Part shown: piece after piece, positions 38,967 to 52,662 of the stretch
Position numbering within the stretch: the stretch's first letter is position 1
How the letters are laid out: each line of letters starts with the position of its first letter
Assembly: GCF_009914755.1 (NCBI RefSeq)
Contig: NC_060926.1
Reading direction: 5' to 3' (one strand)
DNA from: the human T2T-CHM13v2.0 reference genome, Homo sapiens
DNA length: 64,000 bases
The notes under the pieces: generated by a model
The model's database searches: none
What the model was told of the DNA's origin: nothing
What the model saw: only the letters and a program-made list of their open reading frames with translations
Made by a program: the position numbers and the translations under genes

Positions 38967-39664
38967 GTGTAAAGATATCAAAAGTCAGGTGATCCTTAAG
39001 CAAGGAATGGTTTTATACAGCAGTAAGGGGTTGTTCTATACACATTTTTCTCAGTACCACATGGTGTTGGTCAACTAGCAGTAAGATTTGGTTTTGGTAA
39101 ATGGACTGCACTATGCTGTTTTCCAGCGTTACATGCATAGCAAGGTAGTAACACTGATGTATTAACAATGACTTGTTTTGATCACTAGACCACTGTGAAT
39201 AAGGTCCAATCCTCTTCCAAGGCCCTAGTCAAGATTGCCAGTAGACAATAAACCTGCCCTTGTGAAAAGGGGATGGAGCAAGGCAGGTCAAAAGTTGAGG
39301 CTCCAAAGGGTCATTCTAACGGTGTGAGAGTGGAGGGTGTGAGGTTGGGTTGCTAGGTCTAAATGAGTGAAGCTGTTGAATGAAAGTAGGGAGAGCCAAA
39401 CTCTATTCTGAGATATATCTGAGCCAGCATCTTCAGTCTCTGGCAGGATCCTCAAATCCATTCCAACATCTAGTTTGTAGCTCTGTACAGTCTTCCATGG
39501 AAATCATCTTCAAAATGTACAAACTTTGAAGAAAGTAAGAGTGAGAAAGGAGAGGAAATGGAAATGAGGAAGTGGAAAAAGCAAGAGTTTTTCCTGCTTC
39601 ACTGAAGCCTGGGCAGGAACACAATGATGGCTATGTATCTTCCTGGTGGTGCCTACATCCCAGC

Positions 39665-40027
39665 TGATATGGTTTGCTCTGTGTCCCCACCCAAATCTCA
39701 TCTTGTAGCTCCCATAATTCCCATGTATTGTGGGAGGGACCTGGTGGGAGATAATTGAATTATGGGGGTGGGTATTTCCTGTGCTGTCCTTGTGATAGTA
39801 AGTCTCATGAGATCTGATGGTTTTAAAAATGGGAGTTTCCCTGCACAAGCTCTCTCTCTTTGCCTGCTGCCATTCATGTAAGATGTGACTTGCTTCTCCT
39901 TGTCTTCTGCCATGATTGTGAGGCTTCCCTAGCCATGTGGAACTATAAGTCCATTAAAGCTCTTTCTTTTGTAAATTGCCCAATCTCAGGTATGCCTTTA
40001 TCAGCAGCATGAAAACGGACTAATACA
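39665..40027 (+). mobile_element. THE1 solo LTR
   Basis: tgatatggtttg...ggactaataca with perfect TSD CCAGC. Confidence 0.92.
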
Positions 40028-40331
40028 CCAGCATTAAGTGAATTGCCATGGTGCCCATTGCCTCTGTTTCCTCTAAGGCTGGACCACACTGGGACTATCA
40101 TGGGAGTGAATACTTAAAGCCCATGCAGGTGCAGGCCTTACCTTTCACCACTATAAATAGAGTAGAACGGTGGGCTCTGCCTCTAGGATCTTTCATTCTG
40201 GCACTGATAACTCTTTTCCAGGAGTTCCTTGGAATCTCAGCCCAATTTCATTAGGTTTCTTGAAAGAGGGAAGAATAAACCCCATGTGGTTCTTTCTAGT
40301 GCAATCTAGTTAAAAAAAAAAAGACTTTTTA

Positions 40332-40391
40332 GTGCTTGCTTTGGCAGCACATATACTAAAACTGGCAAGATACAGAGATTAGTATGGCCCT
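40332..40391 (+). pseudogene. 3'-truncated U6 snRNA retrocopy
   Basis: GTGCTTGCTTTGGCAGCACATATACTAAAACTGG...ACAGAGA resembles the U6 5' end; flanked by near-identical AAAAAA(A/G)G(A)CTTTTTAGTG repeats. Confidence 0.9.
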
Positions 40392-40752
40392 TATAATTTA
40401 AAAAAGGCTTTTTAGTGGGTTATTAAGTTATAAAGTAGATTGATCTTACTTTTATCAGACCCTGAATCTGGTCCATCATCCAAAACCTGTGCACTTCCCT
40501 TCATTTAGTACTTCCTCATTTATAGTTTTTTCCCCCTCTTAACCATTTCATCTTAAGATTTGCTGCTATTACATGTGGCTTTAAAGAGAAAAGGCATTAC
40601 CTGTGTGGTTTATACAAAGTTCATGGCTATATTGGGGGTGGGGTGGGGCAATTAATAAATCCCCATCTAGGTGATTCTATTAGGTCAGTGTTTGGTCCTA
40701 GAATCACTGAAGGTTCGTATCCCAGCTTCGCTTACAAGCAGTGTGACCTTGA

Positions 40753-41360
<608 letters not shown>

Positions 41361-43520
41361 AGGAGTTAACAGTATCCACTTCTTGAAGTCAGGATTAAAT
41401 GTGATAAAGTCTGCAAAGCACTTAGCATTGTACCTGGCACTATTATCAATAATTATGCAAATGAAGTATCATCAGAATGCGATACTCATATTATTTCAAA
41501 GATCAGCATAGTCTTCAGCCCTAAGAACCGGGATTTCGGAATGTCCATGAGAATCACTAGGCATGAATAACAACCTAAGGAAAGGATTAAAAGGGTTGCA
41601 GAAATGGAAAGACAAGTACAACATGGAGAAAAGAGAGAAGGAAAGAGAACGCAAAGAGGCACAGACAGACTTTGTCACCCCAAAACAGTAATTGAACAAT
41701 GCACTGTCCATGTTATGAGCAACAGTCTCTGCCATCAAGGGACACGTCGTTTGAGTGAGACAGTCAAATGAATAGAGTGAGATGGTTATGACAGAGAGGT
41801 TACAGGTAATTGTGAGCACCGAAGAGCAGCCAACTCAACTAAGAGTGGGGTTTAGAGTTGCAGAGTAACAAGTAACAGAATGAAGTCTTGAAGAATATCT
41901 GAGAGTTAGAACGGTACAGAGTGTACAAAACCACGGAGGTAAGAGCATGGACGCAGGGACTAAAATTCTGTATGGCCGAAGGTGGAGTGTAGGGTTAAAG
42001 CATGACATCTATTTGTTATTTAAAATGTTTTAGATATTTGTTGAGGACCATCTACAGGTAAAGCAGTTTTAGGAATGGAGGATTTTGTAGAAAGACACCC
42101 AAAGTCCGTCTTCTCAGAATGTTCTGTTCTACAGAGGATATATGATAAACAAGTACAAAACGAAGGACACGAATGATGGACGGAAGTTCTGTGATAGAAA
42201 TACAACCATGCGCAAAGTGATAGAGGAGGGGTGGGCAGGAAACCCAATTTAGATGAGGTGGTCACTTAGACTTCTTTGGGAAGGTGGTATTTCAGCTGAG
42301 TCAGAAGGGTGGATGGAGCAAGCAATGCACAGATGGCCAGGCTGGCAGGTAGAGCATTTAAAATGGTTCAAAGGTCCTCAGGCCGGGGGTAATGGGGTAA
42401 AGCAGAGACTAGGTAACATTTACTTCATGAATCTTTTGGTGTGGGTGCTGAGGAGCATGAATAAGGTGAAAGACTCCTCCTAAGGAGATACATTAAAGGT
42501 GACATATTTGCCTAGAGTAGCCTTCAACTTTGCAGACCAACAGTAGTGGGAGTCCAGACATACTGTTCTGCATGTTAGCCAGAACCTTTTGCTATGTTCT
42601 GAATTTGGCCTAAAATGAAGGATTCAAATATCATCTCAAACAACTTTTCCTCCTACAGACTAAGGTGAAGATTCAAGAGCTCACGGCCTCAGAGGGCAAA
42701 GCATAGTTAAGAAAATCTAGGTGATAACCGGCAGTTAACAGTGGCCCATACCAGTGACTTGCGCTCACGGAAGAGTTCTGAAGGCCTGGAATGCGTTTGA
42801 AGATGAGTTCATGAGCAGACAGAAAGGATTCCACTAACAGCCGAGAAACACAAAGGTCATGTGTTTTTAGGGACCTCCAAGTGGTCGGTAAGGTTGGGGT
42901 CAGCATTAGTTTCTTTGCCTGTAAAATGGGGGCAATAAGAATTCCTCGTCCCTTAACTATTCTCAACAGCAAGAAACCTTAAAGGTAGAGAAGAAAAGAT
43001 AAATCTGTTTTCACAGAAAGTCCTTGTTAGTCACGAAGGATTGCAGGATCGCTGCAGGGCACACTCATATGTGCAGAACCAGTCTCCAAATGGGCGGAGC
43101 AAGGTGCAGCTCCACCTGCTTCACCACTAGGTGCAGAAGAATGTCCACGGCAGGGGGTTCTCAACTTGTGACCTTGGGTCTGCGGGGGTCTAGATGGACT
43201 TCAGCTGGCGCCGTGTCGCATGTGAGTTTCCTGGGCTGTAGTAACCCCAAAAGGGCCGCGTCGTCTACAGAAGTGCCACTACTTGGAATTCTTGTCCATG
43301 GCCACGTTCTCACTGCTGGGAGAAACAACAGGGTCAGGTCTAACACTCCTTTCTCGGATGCATGGGCGAACAGAAATATCCCTGGGCTTCACCTAGCCGT
43401 GGCCTAAGTACACTTCCCCAGGGTAAGGAGTCACCATACTGATATTCCCGCGGCTAATGGTACTTCACAGAGCGAAGTGCCGGAGCCCGTCGCCGGCGAT
43501 TGCGCATTCCGTCGCGGAGA

Positions 43521-43539
43521 GCATTATGGGATTGGTAGT
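43521..43539 (-). promoter_or_regulatory. ZNF143/THAP11-type motif, reverse copy
   Basis: Reverse complement ACTACCAATCCCATAATGC resembles ACTACAnnTCCCAnAATGC. Confidence 0.7.
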
Positions 43540-43579
43540 CCAGACTGAGGCGCAGATAGGGGTTCCTCGAAGCCACAGA

Positions 43580-43597
43580 ACTACATTTCCCAGCAAG
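43580..43597 (+). promoter_or_regulatory. ZNF143/THAP11-type motif, forward copy
   Basis: ACTACATTTCCCAGCAAG matches ACTAYRnnnCCCR. Confidence 0.8.
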
Positions 43598-43632
43598 ACC
43601 CGCGCAGCAGGGCACGCAGACTGTGTGCGTAA

Positions 43633-44094
<462 letters not shown>

Positions 44095-46515
44095 TGAGAG
44101 GGTAGAGGGTGTGCACTTTACCCGAGTTTAGACCCCTCTTCCCTGCTCCTTAAAGACCTTTTAGATGTGGAATCGGTTGGGGGCGAATCTTCTAATACTT
44201 GAGCTTTCTAAAGACTCCTTGTCCAGCTGGAACAGTTTGCAAAGTGGAGCCTGGTGCTGTCTGATGTTTGGAATGGGGGCTAGAGGCACTTGCCTTGTGG
44301 CCTCCTTATCAATAAATGGAAAATGGTGGGCTTTGGGGCTGCGGAGAGGTTTTCATTTCTCTTTACTGACCCGGAAGCCGGCGGAGAGTTGGTTTGCTAG
44401 TGCTTTGAAATTTCAGTCGAAGGAGGTTCTGGGCTTGGTGCGCGCCGGCCCCTGAGTGTACTCTTGGAGGGAAGGGAAGACCCGGGGCTTCAAACTTCCT
44501 TCTTTCCATAGGGCTGGGTGGACTAAGTCTGGAGGATGCTGGTTTATTTTTTAAGGCGGGTCTGCAGAGATGTTTAGCTGTTATTCAGTCAGGTCGTGGT
44601 CCCTACTTGTTTGTTAAGTGGCAGGTGTGGTGCTGTTAGTGGAGTTTTTTTAATCCAAGTGGTTTTGCTGTCACCAATCAAGTATCTTAATTATAATAAG
44701 GAAGCCAAGTGGAGTATGTCTGCCCTGTGGTGTAGTTTCCTTGGTCTTATTGGCTTTTTATCTCTCGTTTCTACTTATTAGAAAGTGGTATTAGAGTCTC
44801 TTTTCTTCTCCGATAATAGTTCTTTACATTTGTTAATGCTTTACAAAATTATTTTGCTTAGATGATGTTGGATGAGCTTCACCACAGCCTGTTTGAGTGG
44901 GAGTGGACAATGTGGTAACCTGTGGCTCAGCCAGTTCTGTAGAAGGGATGTTCCAGTGTGACCTTCTACTCTTTCCACTGCTACCCTGTTCTGGTGTAGC
45001 TTGTTGTAAGTCTGATTGGCAATAGGATTTTCTATGGGGATTAACAGAGATAATGTAAAATGTGTTAATTTGACCCTACCTTTGGGATTCAGTGCCTCCG
45101 TTGTAAAATTGAGACAATAAGCTGAAATTTCAAAATATCTGCATACAGTGAATAGCTAATAGATAAATGTAATCCACATGAGAATACAATTAGAAAAGCC
45201 CCATATCTAAGTTGTCCTGTTAATGAATTTACATTAATATTTGGTGGCGCATCTCCCTGACCTTTGTGTTATAGTCATGTATTTGATTAAATAAAAATCT
45301 GCAAGCCCTGACCTTAGGCTAGAGCCCCAAAACACTGGATTCTGACCACATCATTTCATGAAGTTAGGTAATTTTGGGGAGATCTACAGTGACCTTTTGG
45401 GGGCACCTGTTAAAATCATATATGCCCTTCAGGGTTTGGCTTAAAGGCCATTTCCTCCTTTCAGTTTTTCCTTAGCATCCTAAGGAGAGGAAGATTTCTC
45501 TTCCGTGATTCTGTAGCACTTCATGCCTCTTATGTGCTTTATGTTGTATCTCATGTTTTGGTCATCTGTGTGTTCGTTTCTTCCAGCCCCTTAAAGGGTA
45601 AGCTCCTGGAGGGTAGTTAACCTTCATTTAGCATTGGTCACAGTGGGTCCTGCCCAGTACATGTTTGTTCAATTGTGTGCAGTGTGGACACAAATACGAA
45701 AGTGTTGGGGTTATTGGAGGTTCTTTGTGTAGAATCTCTGGGGAGTAGGGCTTCCTGTTCTCTAGTCCATTGGAGTTCCAATATGGTGACCACTTCCGTG
45801 TCTGAGTGGATGGAAAACATGGAGAGTTCTCAGGTGAATCCTTTGTATAGCCACCTTGGGCCCAGCTCTGTCTGTTTCTGTGGGTGTAGCCACCCAGGAT
45901 GGGTCGACATGCAGAACTAGGCTCTTCTGAATGTCTGTAGCCTCATCCCTTTGTTCTCTTTGGAGCCTGGGCTTTGTTTTTTTACTAGCTTGGTTGAGGA
46001 AGCTGATGGGCAGTGGTTCTAGTTGGTTAGCAGAAGTAGTATTTCCAAAGTTACTCCATTCGACAAGCTGAGTGAAGTTCTGATGTTGCACATACATGTG
46101 GTTTAATATTGCCCATTAGAATGGGGCCACTCCTCTAGCAGGGCCTGCTTGGCAGTCTTCTGCTGTTGGGCCACCTCATAGGCAGCCTTTGGTCACCTCT
46201 GGTTGGCTTTGGCAAGGGCACTGATTTCCTGGGCCAGTCATTTGATTCCAAGGCAGCAGGGATCACATGGGTGAAGAGCTTTAGGTCTGGCAGGGCCTTG
46301 CAATTCCTGGTCTCTTTCAAAAGGCAAAGAACGAGCCTTATACAGAGCTTGTCTGATTCATCCGAATTCACCTCTGTGCCACCTGCCTGCTGGGGACTGT
46401 GAGTGACATGAATGTATGGCTAAGCTTGGTAACCAGGAATTTGGTGATTGAATTACTGTAAAGCTAGAGTTCCTAGCTTCAGGTCATATGTGAAGGTCAG
46501 GTTAAGTCTATCTAG

Positions 46516-47538
46516 TGTGATATTTTAAACACACACACACAATGTTTTTATCCATGGCTCTTGGTTCATAACACTCATAGCCCTTGCTACAGTCTTTTGT
46601 TATATTTGGGGTGCTTTAGGGCCCAAAGCAGGCCTCAGAAAACAGAATCTCCCTCTCTTACCTTCTCCTTCCCTCCTTCCACTTGCTCCTTTCTCTCCCC
46701 AATGCTTTTCTGTCTTGGAGCTGGCTGTAAAGAAATTCTGTGACCTATGTTGTCTGTTTGTACGTCATAAGATCCCCATTTCAGAAGGGTTCCTGTTCCA
46801 TACCCTGGAGGAAGGAATGCTGCAGGTGAAGAAGAATCTGAACAGACAGCCGTTGCAGGGTTTCCCCAGTCAGTCTGCTAGTATTGGATCATGCCCTTTT
46901 TGTTCAGTCACATTTCTAGGCCCTTGCAATTCCTGGTCTTTTCCAAGAGCCAATCATACCTATTCAATAAAGTCTCAAAAAAAAAAAAAAAAGAAAAAGA
47001 AAAAGAAAAGCTCGAGAGGACAGGGTTTGGAAGCTTCTGGAGAGCAGAACATGTGAAGGTCCCTGGAGGATGGTGTGCCTAGAGAGAGCATGGAAGCTCT
47101 GTGCTCCTTCTTACATGCCTTTACCTATGCATCTCTTCATCCATATCCTTCATCATAGCCTTTATAAGCTGGTAAACATGTTTTCCCTGAGTTCTGTGAG
47201 CCACTCTAGCAAGTTAATCAAACCCAAAGAGAGTGTTGTGGAAACTCCAACTTGAAGCTGTCAAGTCAGAAGTTCTGGAGGCCTGGACTTGCATTTGGTA
47301 GGAAGGAGGAGGCAATCTTGGGAGCTGAGCCCTCAACCAGTGGAACCTTATGGTATCTCCAGGTAGAGAGTGTTGAAATTGAATTGGAGGATACCCAGCT
47401 GGTGTCTGCTGCAGAGTAGATTGCTTGCTTGGGATACGGGGAGAAATCCCCATACATTTGATCACAGAAGTCTTCTGTGTTGATGATTGTTGTGGTGTGA
47501 GAGCAGAGGAAAAAGTTTGAGTTTTTCCACACTCAGAC
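46516..47538 (+). mobile_element. MER21-like LTR in RPIA intron 1
   Basis: ggcctcagaaaacagaatctc and ttctgtgagccactctagcaagttaatcaaacc motifs. Confidence 0.72.
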
Positions 47539-48676
47539 ATAGGCCTTGATAAGACATTTTCTCATTCCTTGAAGATTTTTATATGTGAGATATTTAGCCA
47601 TTTTGAATGTTTCTGTACTGTGATGTATCATTTACTTGTCTTGAAGTCCTTGCCTTTGGGGATTGTCCAGGTAGCTAAACAACTTTACTACACACATTGC
47701 CTTCTTGAGAGCATTGGTATAGGTGGAATCCTGACCTAGTGCGAGCCCTGTTCTGACAGCCCAAGCCCCTGATGTATTCAGTGCCTTTGGAACTGTGAGC
47801 TAGTAAAAGCAGTTTCCACCAGGTCAATAACACAAAAGTTGTTGGATAAAGTCTTCTGTAGGTAGGAGAGGCTATAGTAGCATTTTTAGTATATATGTAT
47901 ATGGTTGTGGGGACATTAGTATTTGATTTTTTTTTTTTTGGTAACTCTACTTGTTGGTCATTCTTTCTAATCTTTTCTAGTTATAGATGTAGTCAGGCTT
48001 TGAGAAGGACCATATCTAATGTGAGGCCTAGGGGCTGACTTTAAGTATTCCTATGGCCTTTGTCCTGTGGGGAATGAAGGATTTTAGTTGTGGCCCTGCT
48101 TGTCCTGAGGGCCCTTCAGGACTTGTCTTCTTCCTAAAAAGAAGGTTTTACTATGGGCTTTCCTTTGTCAAATAAATTAATTGTTAATCAGTTGTTGGAA
48201 ATCTTAAGAAATTTGAAATAGATTGATGTTTCAGCGAATTGAACTTCCTGAAGTTGCTTATTCGATTGAAATGGCTCATCCTGTAATCCCAGCACTTTGG
48301 GAGGCAGAGGTGAGATGATCACTTGAGGCCAGGAGTTCGAGACTAGCCTGGTTGGCAGAGTGAGACTGTGTCTTTTAAAAGAATTAAAAAAATTAGCTGG
48401 GCATGGTGGCATGTTCCCATAGTACTAGCTATGTGGGAAGCTGAGGCAGTAGGATTGTATGAGCCCAGGAGTTTGAAGATGAGTTTGTGTGTGTGTGGGG
48501 GGGCATTGATAGTTTATATATATTATAAACATATATACAAGATATATTGTATATCTTGTATATATATTTAAAACAGGTAAAATCACACATATATAAAACA
48601 AATATATGTCAAAGATTTTATTTAACTCACTAAATTAATGAGGGAACTGGAAAGGTTATTAGAACCTGTTCATAGG

Positions 48677-48963
48677 TGTCTTAGTCCATTTTGTGCTGCT
48701 ATAATAGAATACCTGAGAATGAGTAATTTATAATGAACAGAAATGTTTTGGCTTATACTTCTGGAGGCTACGAAGTCCAATATCAAGGCGTTGGCATCTG
48801 GTGAGAGAGACAGATGTTGAAGTGCTATGGGTGGGCACCAATCCTACCCATGAGGGTGGAGCCCTCTGACCTAATCACCTCTTAAAGGTCCCACTTCTTA
48901 ATATTGTTATAATGGCAATTAAATTTCAACGTGAGTTTTGGTGGAGATGTTCAAAGCATAACA
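48677..48963 (-). mobile_element. MaLR LTR (MST/MLT1A-like)
   Basis: tgtcttagtccatttt...caaagcataaca. Confidence 0.75.
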
Positions 48964-49537
48964 GGAGAAGTCAACTGTAAGCTCATATGTAGTAAAAAAA
49001 TCTTAAAATGAATTTAGAAGATCTGTTAATAATTGTGTCTCACAGAACACTATTAATTTGCATTTCAATGAACAAAACTTACTTGCTTTGTTAACAGTTT
49101 TCTGCAAGTTAAAGTGTATCTCTATACAGTCGTCATATATCTTAAAGACAAAGGCACATACCTTCTTAGAGTCAGACAATACAAGCAGGTTCCAGCATCC
49201 CATTGGAAGGATATCCAGTAGTCTCTTTTGCTCATTTCAAAGTCTTAAGTTTTTCCTTACAATATTGAACTCATCTATAAAGTGGAAATAGTGGCTCTGT
49301 AGGTCATAAGTGATTGTTGTGAGATTTGGCTTTATATTAACATTTATAAGTCTTCTTGGTAGGTGCTTAATAAATGGTAGCTGCCGCTTTGGTGTTCACT
49401 TGGCTTTGCCTTGCAAAGGCAGGAGATAGATGTCAGGAAGTTGCTTAGGCACTGAGCTGCATATTAGTTCCTGACTGTTAGTACCCTGGCCTCGTTTTGC
49501 TCTTTGTGGTCTAGTAGACTCAGCTGAGCTTTTACTC

Positions 49538-49632
49538 TTTGGTCTGCTTGCAGGTACCTTCTTTGTTTCTTCTTGTTTGGTCTGCTTGTAGGTACCTTCT
49601 TTGTTTCTTCTTGTTTGGTCTGCTTGTAGGTA
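49538..49632. repeat. 38-bp tandem repeat, 2.5 copies
   Basis: TTTGGTCTGCTTG(C/T)AGGTACCTTCTTTGTTTCTTCTTG repeated. Confidence 0.92.
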
Positions 49633-50480
49633 GGCTCCGTATTGTGATGTCTGCCTGTACTTTGTACTCAGGAAGTGCTCTGCATTTATTATGATCCTTT
49701 CTATTGCAGATGAAGACTATTTTTCATGTTCTTAACTAAGCCTTTGCCCTCTTTCCATTTTCTCTGAGGCAGGCTCATGCAAAATGAGCACCCCTTGGTG
49801 TCACCTAGGCAGATGCTGACATACTTTATTATTTTGAGGTTACTTCAGGCCCTCCCTTTATCTGCTGACTTTGGGAGAGCTCTAGATGGTGGGCCTGATG
49901 TGTCTTGTGGTGCTACCAACTTGAAGGTGCCTATGGAAGACACTGAAGCCAGAAGCCTTAGCTTTCCTCCCTTACCCAGGCTCCAGGCTCTATTGTTTTT
50001 TCTTAGGTGTTTTTCTAATTGCCTCCCTGGGATTGGCCAGGAATCTTTTTCTTTTCTTTCTTCTTCTTCTTTCTTTCTTTCTTTTTTTTTTTTTTTTAAA
50101 CACACTGTTGCTGGCTTGAAATGTCAGGAATCTTTAAGTGTTTATATGCAGGCCATTTCTGTGAGGGTGACGCAAGTTGCTATTCAGTTGCAAGTAATTG
50201 CACCAATTATTTGGTAGAATGTAGGGAGGAAGCGGTGGTGTTGACAGTGTCAGAAATGAAGAGAGGAGGGCCTTGTTGAACATTTGTCCACCATGGATTG
50301 GCTAAAGTACAGCATTGAGGTTCATTGTTTATGTTCCTATAAAATAGGCACAGTACCTGTCTTGTACCTGTGTTGGTGGATTGCTGTTCATAATAATTTT
50401 ATAGCTTTAGGAAGTAGGCTGACAAAGGAGTAAAATATGATATTAATAAGTTTTGTTTTTTCTTCCCCGTTTTTTGGCAG

Positions 50481-50541
50481 AATAACCAAGTGCTGGGAAT
50501 TGGAAGTGGTTCTACAATTGTCCATGCTGTGCAGCGAATAG
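50481..50541 (+). CDS. RPIA: RPIA coding exon 2
   Basis: tttttggcag|AAT...ATAG|gtatgc; NNQVLGIGSGSTIVHAVQRI contains the RpiA GxGSGST motif; 61 nt, phase 0/1. Confidence 0.97.
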
Positions 50542-51539
50542 GTATGCTCTCTCACTGTCTACTGGATGTTTTGTGTGTGATGATGGGGTAGGGAGGTAGA
50601 GGAGAGGGAGGAAGTGGCACACAGGTTTGGCATTGCCCTTTTGGCTTCAGCAGTACAGAGCTGGAGAGAGGGACTACCTGAGGTCAGTTGAGTGTTTCTG
50701 CTCTTTTGTGGAGAGAGGGAATCTTGGGCCTCTTCATCCAACTTTGAAGGACGCCCTTGCCTTTGTTTACTCTGCTCAGCTGGAGGGGAGGAGCTGACTT
50801 AGCTTGAGGTCCCAATATAATTTTAATCATGTTGATGGCATTCTACCATTGAGTTCTTTGCGTGAGCTCAGACTTCCTCAGGCAGATAATTGAGGCCATA
50901 GTGGGTTTGCCCTGTCCATGACCCTGGAGTGGATGTGGGACTCCTGCCATTGATGGCTGGTTCCTGCAGGTGCTCATTTCACACTGATTAGGGTGTCTCT
51001 ATGCTTAGGAAAGACTCAGGAATTATCAGCCCCTATGGCTGCTCAACAGGTTTTACTTCCCTGCTCTTTGTTTGTAAGAACAAAGCCCAGAGGAGAGGCC
51101 TGCCTGAATGCTGAATTCTTCTAGGTGCCAAGGGGCAGAGCCCAGGAGGTAAAGTCCAGGAACACTTTGTTATCAAGGAGTGGTTTTAGTGCTGGTGTGA
51201 TGGCTTCTGGAAGCCTTCTCACTGGCCAAATAGGAGCTTTTGTGTTATATACCTTTCAATCTTAACCAAGTATCTGGAGAATACTTTCAGGGCACAGGAG
51301 TTACTATGGATTTTATAATAGTGGCACCCAAACCTCCCAAGATGCACTCAGTGATTAAAAAGACTTGAAATTTTAATACGAATTTTTTCCTGAAGTCTTT
51401 TTTTTTTTTTTAAATCAAACTTTCCTGAAAGGTACAAATCCAAATTGAAAAAATAAATCTCCTTTAGCTACTCTCTGGGGCCTACAAATAAGTATGTTTT
51501 TTACTAAAATGCAAAAGTAAAGTTCTGGCTTTTTCCTAG

Positions 51540-51760
51540 AAGAGGCAATATAGGGGAGTTAAGACTGTGTGGCTACATGGCCTGGGATCATGTCCCAGCT
51601 GTGTCCCTTATTAGCAGTATAACTACCGAGTTACATTACCTCTCTGAACCTCAGTTGCCTTATCTGCAAAATGCGGAAAATAATTTAACTTACCTTTTGG
51701 GTTGTTAGGATTAAGAGTTCATATATACAAAGTTCTTAGAATATTGTCAGGCACATAACA
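51540..51760 (+). mobile_element. MIR
   Basis: ctctctgaacctcagtt...atctgcaaaatg MIR core. Confidence 0.7.
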
Positions 51761-52005
51761 ATGGCAAACACTGACACTGCTTTCTGTGGTCAGTACTTAC
51801 CTCTCCAGGCTTTCTTGTGTCCCTATCTTCTGATGTGTGAGGTACAGTCACCAACTTTCCCACCAAGGAGGGGGACACAGGATGAAAGGCAGCTGTCTTT
51901 GGGAAATAGACCTTCCCTTGTCTGTTGGTTTCGAGCAAACACATATGACAAGAAGAATAAAGTAAGGAGAGTGAAAAACTGCCAATATGGCTTTTGTTTC
52001 CACAG

Positions 52006-52061
52006 CTGAAAGGGTGAAGCAAGAGAATCTGAACCTCGTCTGTATTCCCACTTCCTTCCAG
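52006..52061 (+). CDS. RPIA: RPIA coding exon 3 (gene continues beyond window)
   Basis: ttgtttccacag|CT...CAG|gtatgt; (A)ERVKQENLNLVCIPTSFQ; 56 nt, phase 1/0, in frame with exon 2. Confidence 0.97.
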
Positions 52062-52365
52062 GTATGTCCTGCTTTCCATCTGCATCGTGACAGCTTCTGC
52101 TGTATCTTCTGGTTCCCCGGGGTTGTGGACCTATGGCCTTGTCTTGTACCTCAAGGTTGTTCTAGGTCAGAGAGTCCAGGAATAGGAGAGTTTATTGACC
52201 AAGGATTCCTTCTTGGAATTGTAGTTTTAGGTGCATTTGTTTAATCACTTGGTGAATATTTCAGTGCATGTTGAGTTTAGGCACTACGGAGAATGCAGAG
52301 ATGGCCCGGTAGTCTCTCTCCTCAAGGAATATTACTCCTATTTATAGGTGAAAAAAATCAGGCTA

Positions 52366-52662
52366 GGCCAGGTGTGGTGGCTCATGCCTGTAATCTCAAG
52401 TACTTTGGGAGGCCAAGGTAGGCAGATCACTTGAGCACAGGAGTTCAAGACCAGCCTGGGCATTATGGTGAAAGCCTGCCTCTACAAAAAATACAAAAAT
52501 TAGCTGGGTGTGGTGGCTTGTACCTGTAGTTCCAACTATGTAGGAGGCTGAGGCGGGAGGATCTCCCTTGAGCCCAGGAGGTCCAAGCTGCAGTGAGCTG
52601 TGATTGTGCCAGTGCACTCCAGCCTGGGCAACAGAGTGAGACCCTGTCTCAAGAAAAAAAAA
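52366..52662 (+). mobile_element. Alu (J-like)
   Basis: Dimeric Alu; TSD AAAAAAATCAGGCTA. Confidence 0.92.
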
